Source of the DNA: Bigelowiella natans CCMP2755
Lineage: Eukaryota > Protista > Cercozoa
Reading direction: 5' to 3'
Length of the DNA stretch: 55,712 nt
Assembly (NCBI GenBank): GCA_000320545.1
Contig: ADNK01000006.1
Coordinates: 1-55,712, forward strand
Shown here piece after piece: positions 51,065-55,712 of the stretch (positions are counted from its first letter, which is position 1; every line of letters begins with the position of its first letter). The position numbers and the translations under genes are program-made. The notes below the pieces were generated by a model, which worked only from the letters and a program-made list of their open reading frames with translations, had not been told where the DNA came from and made no database searches.

Positions 51065-51775
51065 TTTCAGCCCTAGATACCATTTGACATTTCAGAGCGA
51101 TAGACACTTCAAATACCACCAAATGTATTTATGGTTCCAAAAGCGGGTAAGAATTCCTTAGAATCCAAGCTAAGTTTTCTTCGGGATCCTTTCACTTCAT
51201 CACAAATGCGCTCGATGTTTTCATTTATTACTGAGGTAATGAAAAGCTGTGTGTGACATTAGTTCGTGTTGATAACATTTGAACCCAACAGTCTTTGCAT
51301 CGCTTAGAAATGCGGCATCAAGTGTGAATACGGTGCAGCGAGTGGTCATGCAAACGCGCAGCGTCACATGCACATGTCTGTGTTTGTTTATGCCAGTCTA
51401 GCAGTCAATTAGCAGTGCCCATCACATGTCCCAAATTGGCAATTCATCTGTTCTAGTCTGGTGGTGTTGGATGGATGCAATGTGGCACATTGGCTGTGCG
51501 TGATTAGTGATGACGCAAGCTAGAATGCAGCGCAAAGTTGACGATCAATTGAACCCTGCGATGCTAGCCTGCTAGCTAGCTAGATATAGATATCTTTCAT
51601 TATTAGACTAGTAGTTCAGCCGGATGCAGCTACATCTCTTGCTAGCTAGCTAGACATCTAGCATGGTTTACATAGATGATGCGCGAGATCTAGAGATGTC
51701 TGGCATGAATGATGAAGAACCAATACCCCCTGTACAAGCGAATCATCCAGTCATCATCAGATACGGATCTAGAGC

Positions 51776-53386
51776 TCATCGCTCACTATCGAAGAACATT
51801 CCAGTTCTGCCACGATGGCCCTGCTGCATGATGACAGGATCCTTAATCCCATCTAGGTTCTTGCCCAGGCCTTTTCCCTCCTGCCAGCCCATCCTCTCGA
51901 GAATCTTCCGACCCATGTTCCCCCTCGGTATAGGCTCACCCACAGGCAAAACACCCTCCTTAATCATCTTCGGGGTTAACTGCTCTCCCGGTTTGGGCGC
52001 GTGTTGCCCTTCATCCTTCGCCTCTTGCTTCTGTCGTTTCAGTCTACGCAGCTGCTCCGTGGGCAGGAGGGGAAAGCTCTTTCCTTTAGGATCATCATCT
52101 CCCACAGCGTCGAGATTAGAGGGCCGGTGACAACGACGGCAGCTTTTGTGCACAGCAAAGTTTCGAAAGCCACAAGCACATATCCATTCAGTTCTCGCAC
52201 TAAATCCGTACAGACCTGCCCTTTCTTTGGGGTACCTGAGCCGCCTCTCCAAGGCCCTGTCTCGAAAGGAAGATGAACCTCCAGCATCATTGCCAACAAC
52301 ACCATTAGCAGGGGTAGAAGTGGGATGACTGTTATCAGTCTGCAGGGCTGCTGCCGATGGTAAGTTGAACCTGCTGCTTTTGCTATTTTGCTGCTGGAGG
52401 CCACCTAGTTGCTCGCTTTGTTGATGATAAGCTCTTTTCCGGTCAAGGATCGCTGCAGCAGCAGGGCTGGTGTCACCTTCAACATCCATGTAGCCATGCA
52501 GCCCCTTATCATCTTCAGGATTTAATAGAGAGGTGGAACCAAAGGGTTGGGCGAGGGACAGCAGGTGCAGTCTTTTGCTCTCCTCCATAACAGGAGGATC
52601 TAGTATAGACCATGGTGGTAATTTGGGGGTCCAACGATCTCCCACCGTTGCAAGTCTCATGTACAGATGTTTCCCAGCAGGGATGCCTTTCTGTGATATG
52701 TGCCAGGCGAGCAGCGCGACGTCTTCTTTCTTTATCACCTTCACATTCAGCTCTTGCGCCGCGGTGCTGCACGCCTTTCGGACCATTTCAACGTGGAATG
52801 GGATAGGCCTCGCGCGCGTTCTCAGCGCCCGGCGACACGCACGCGTGTCAGAGAAGCGGATATTGCAGGAGGAAGGAGAAACGAACTCGAGAGCAACAGG
52901 ATGAAACTCGTGAAAGTAACGAATGATATCTTCAGCTGTCAGCTTCAAGCTTTGTATTCCCTCAATGTGCAGCGTGTCCTGCCTCGCCACGAGGTCTGGG
53001 TCGACCAAGCGTCCATTCCGAAGCGCGAGGAAGCGACGTTTTTCGTCAAAGAACAGATCGCAGGCAGTGGTGTAGAAGGTGTTGGTCAACTGATCAAACC
53101 ATAAACCTCCGAGAGAAGCCGTGTTATACAACCCTGAGTGCTTATTAAAACGGTAGCTGAATTTACTCTTCAGCTTTGTTGCGTTACTCCACCGATTTCC
53201 AATAGAATTGCTAACCCCAACTACAGTCGCAGCAGCAGCATCAACAGTGGCCCCAGCTGTGAGTATGTAGCGAGAGGAGGGAGGAACACCAGGATGCGGT
53301 GGGGAAGTACAGCTCCAAGTAGTAGCCACGAGGAGAATGAGAAGAATCAAGACGGGACGTGCTGCCGATCTTGGCATGGCATGCAT
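51776..53386 (-). CDS. Intronless protein with signal-like leader, NCBP3-like RRM, RanBP2-type zinc finger and G-patch
   Basis: First ATG at 53386 (MHAMPRSAARPVILLILLVATTWSC); DTLHIEGIQSLKLTAEDIIRYFHEFHPVALEFVSPSSCNIRF (NCBP3/DUF2414-like); WICACGFRNFAVHKSCRRCHRP; NMGRKILERMGWQEGKGLGKNLDGIKDPV. Confidence 0.8.
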   Translation of the reverse strand: MHAMPRSAARPVLILLILLVATTWSCTSPPHPGVPPSSRYILTAGATVDAAAATVVGVSNSIGNRWSNATKLKSKFSYRFNKHSGLYNTASLGGLWFDQLTNTFYTTACDLFFDEKRRFLALRNGRLVDPDLVARQDTLHIEGIQSLKLTAEDIIRYFHEFHPVALEFVSPSSCNIRFSDTRACRRALRTRARPIPFHVEMVRKACSTAAQELNVKVIKKEDVALLAWHISQKGIPAGKHLYMRLATVGDRWTPKLPPWSILDPPVMEESKRLHLLSLAQPFGSTSLLNPEDDKGLHGYMDVEGDTSPAAAAILDRKRAYHQQSEQLGGLQQQNSKSSRFNLPSAAALQTDNSHPTSTPANGVVGNDAGGSSSFRDRALERRLRYPKERAGLYGFSARTEWICACGFRNFAVHKSCRRCHRPSNLDAVGDDDPKGKSFPLLPTEQLRRLKRQKQEAKDEGQHAPKPGEQLTPKMIKEGVLPVGEPIPRGNMGRKILERMGWQEGKGLGKNLDGIKDPVIMQQGHRGRTGMFFDSER

Positions 53387-53616
53387 ACAGCAACCGTACT
53401 CATGCCTCGCGCAAAGGCGAGAAGGGCGGGGCGCGAGAAGCAGCAGCTGCAGCTGCAGCGGCAATTATTCAAAATTCGGAACAACCGCAGCAAGTAGTGA
53501 TGAGTTTTATTTTTCTCCAACGGCATCAATATTCTGTTGTCGCTGTGTAAAAATTTAGGGAATTTATTCGGATTCCCGCAGAAAATCTTCCGTTTGGCAG
53601 GAAGGTATGGCTGTTA

Positions 53617-54173
53617 ATGGTGGAACGAAGGCTGGTGCTCGTCGCTCTGTTCTGTAGCGCAGCTATGGTCGAATCACCACCCCCCTTCCCCCACCCCCTC
53701 CCACAATTTGCTTGTATTCGACGCAGAAAGATTCACTGATTTGCTTTAACCCCCCCTCACCCAAAAAACAGGCAGCAAAAGCAGTCACTACGAACATCAA
53801 TCGGAACGGAGGAAGGTACCGACGATATCGCCCCCGCACAACGGCCCAGCGTTTGCGACAGCTTTCGGTTAAAGCTCAATCTTCGCACACTACATCGGTT
53901 GCCGTGATCGGGGGGGGTATATCGGGACTCCTTTGTGCTCAGCGCTTAAAAGAACTTGGTATTTCATCGTCATATCCGACGATTCCCCCCCTCTTTAGCC
54001 GACGTCAAGAAACGGTAACCAAAAAATGTGTGCCTTTGTGTTTTTTGTCCACGCGCAGGTGTCGATGCTGTGGTTTTCGATACGGGAAAGAGGGGGCCGG
54101 GAGGAAGAGCTTCAAGGTGACTGGAAAATAAAGCACCTCCCTCCCACGTGTTCATATGTTGGCAGCGCGCATA

Positions 54174-54221
<48 letters not shown>

Positions 54222-54293
54222 AGGTATATCTGCATAATCAGTCGTCGTCTCCGTTTTACCGACGACTCAGGGCGACAGCACGAGGTATGTTCG

Positions 54294-54329
<36 letters not shown>

Positions 54330-55712
54330 CATATATTTATAGACACATACGTATATTTATTTATACTTATATTATTTTGTGTATATGTATATACATGGGT
54401 TACATTGTGTATTAGGTGGTCAGCGACCATGCCTGCCAGTTTTTCACCGCACAAACTTCCCGCTTCAGAAGGTACATGGATGGATCCATTCGAAAACTGT
54501 TTAGTTGCTGCTGCATGCTGCTCATATGTATGTGTATAGAATGTGTATGATAAAACTTACCAGGAAACACATCAAGGGTTGTGTTTATTGTACGACGATA
54601 GTTATACGGAGAAGTGGCTAGAGGAAGGTCTACTGAAAAGGGCATTCGACGATGATGATGAGGGGAGAGAGCATAAGAAGCAGCAGGAGGAGGAGAAGTC
54701 GAAGGTAAAAGAGAATTCTAAGCATCGTCCTCGTCATCGTCTCGGAATGCTAGCCCTTACAGGAAAGGTAGTGACTGACACAATAGGTGATAATAAATCC
54801 CGTCATAATGATGATGATGATGATGATGATGATGATGTGGAAGTGATGACGATTCCGAGAAAAATTGTATTTCTCTTTCTCTCTCCCTCTCTCTCTCTCT
54901 CATATCCCTGAACACATCTTCGTGTCGCTTTCATTAGAGAGAGGCGCATTTCACTCCTTTGCAGCCAAGAACAGAAGGTGCACTACTAGAGAGAAGAAAG
55001 AGGAGATAATGGAATACCTCAACAAGAGCAGATTTCCCATCGACTCCCCCCTCCCCCTTCGTTTCTCAGGTGCAGCCCTCGTAGGATCCGGAGGGATGGG
55101 TGGCTTAGTGTCATCGCTCGCAGATTCGCTAGATGTGGTGAGAAGAGAACAATTATGACATCATAGTGACAGCGCACCACCAGCATACAAACGCAGTATG
55201 GAAAATGGGATGAGAAAGAAGATTTTAGAAATAACGAGAGCTGAACGAATATGCAACTTATGAATTCTAGATTCGTCTACTACACTACTACACTTTATTC
55301 GTGTCCTACTCTCCCTCCTCTTCCTTTAATCGATCGCAGCGGAGGCGAATGATTTATGTACACGTAGTCAAATTTTGTGTGTATAAGATCCGTTATTGGT
55401 TTTCATATCTGTCTATTGGCCTCTTTTCTTGTCGATACATAACTATTATGGAATTACATTTATTTCAACAGCCCACGCACAAATACACACACACACACAC
55501 ACACACATGTCTTAAACATAAAACATAATGTATATATTTACAACGAAGGTTCGTGATACGTGGGTGGCTGCAGTTCAACGCGAAGAATCGAGGTTATGAT
55601 AGGGAGAGGGGGAGGGAGAAAGAGAGAGGGGAAGGGGGGGGGGGGGAAGGAGCTTGGTGGAAATAGAAAACAACGCAAGCGGAACATCACAATTATGTGT
55701 GTGGATGTATGC
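53617..55712 (+). CDS. Renalase-like FAD/NAD(P)-dependent oxidoreductase, probably plastid-targeted, 3' end outside window
   Basis: Signal MVERRLVLVALFCSAAM plus Arg-rich transit; VAVIGGGISGLLCAQRLKELGVDAVVFDTGKRGPGGRAS; DHACQFFTA; LVGSGGMGGLVSSLADSLDV. Confidence 0.8.

Noticed and set aside
53387-53464. N-terminal extension of the 562-aa ORF from a TTG start
   Set aside because: A non-ATG start is unlikely in a eukaryotic nuclear gene; first ATG is at 53386.
1-55712. Transposons, viral inserts, rRNA/tRNA genes; PrimPol plus helicase as a viral or mobile replicon
   Set aside because: No transposase, RT, integrase or capsid motifs, terminal repeats or RNA-gene signatures seen. PrimPol and SNF2 are intron-rich, host-like and separated by housekeeping genes.

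Overview
Intron-rich, gene-dense eukaryotic nuclear DNA. The likely source is an alga with a secondary plastid, probably chlorarachniophyte-like. This is inferred from ER-type signal peptides without an ASAFAP motif on plastid proteins such as Rps5. Most ORF-track entries are microsatellite or antisense artefacts, so I spliced exons by hand (GT/GC-AG, frame-checked) and recovered 13 protein genes. In order: 3' part of a PFKFB-type histidine phosphatase with a C-terminal membrane anchor (+); a 13.6 kb Cys-rich type-I membrane protein (-); an RRM-PrimPol-zinc-finger fusion with a signal-like leader (+); tripeptidyl peptidase/sedolisin (-); TYW1 (+); PHO88/SND3 (+); a SNF2 helicase with signal peptide and LRGG leader (+); a 147-aa BLUF photoreceptor with an MGACHS acylation motif, invisible in the ORF track (-); intronless Hsp70 (+); a lumen-targeted LTO1-type thioredoxin plus DCC fusion (-); plastid Rps5 (+); an NCBP3-like/RanBP2-ZnF/G-patch protein with signal peptide (-); and a renalase-like FAD oxidoreductase (+, partial). 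Best novelty candidates are the RRM-PrimPol, the lipid-anchored stand-alone BLUF, and the Trx-DCC fusion. Also notable are nuclear-type proteins carrying secretory leaders (nucleomorph/periplastid candidates) and CTAG/AGCT/CATG-palindrome tracts downstream of gene 3' ends. All gene models are manual and unverified by transcripts or database searches.
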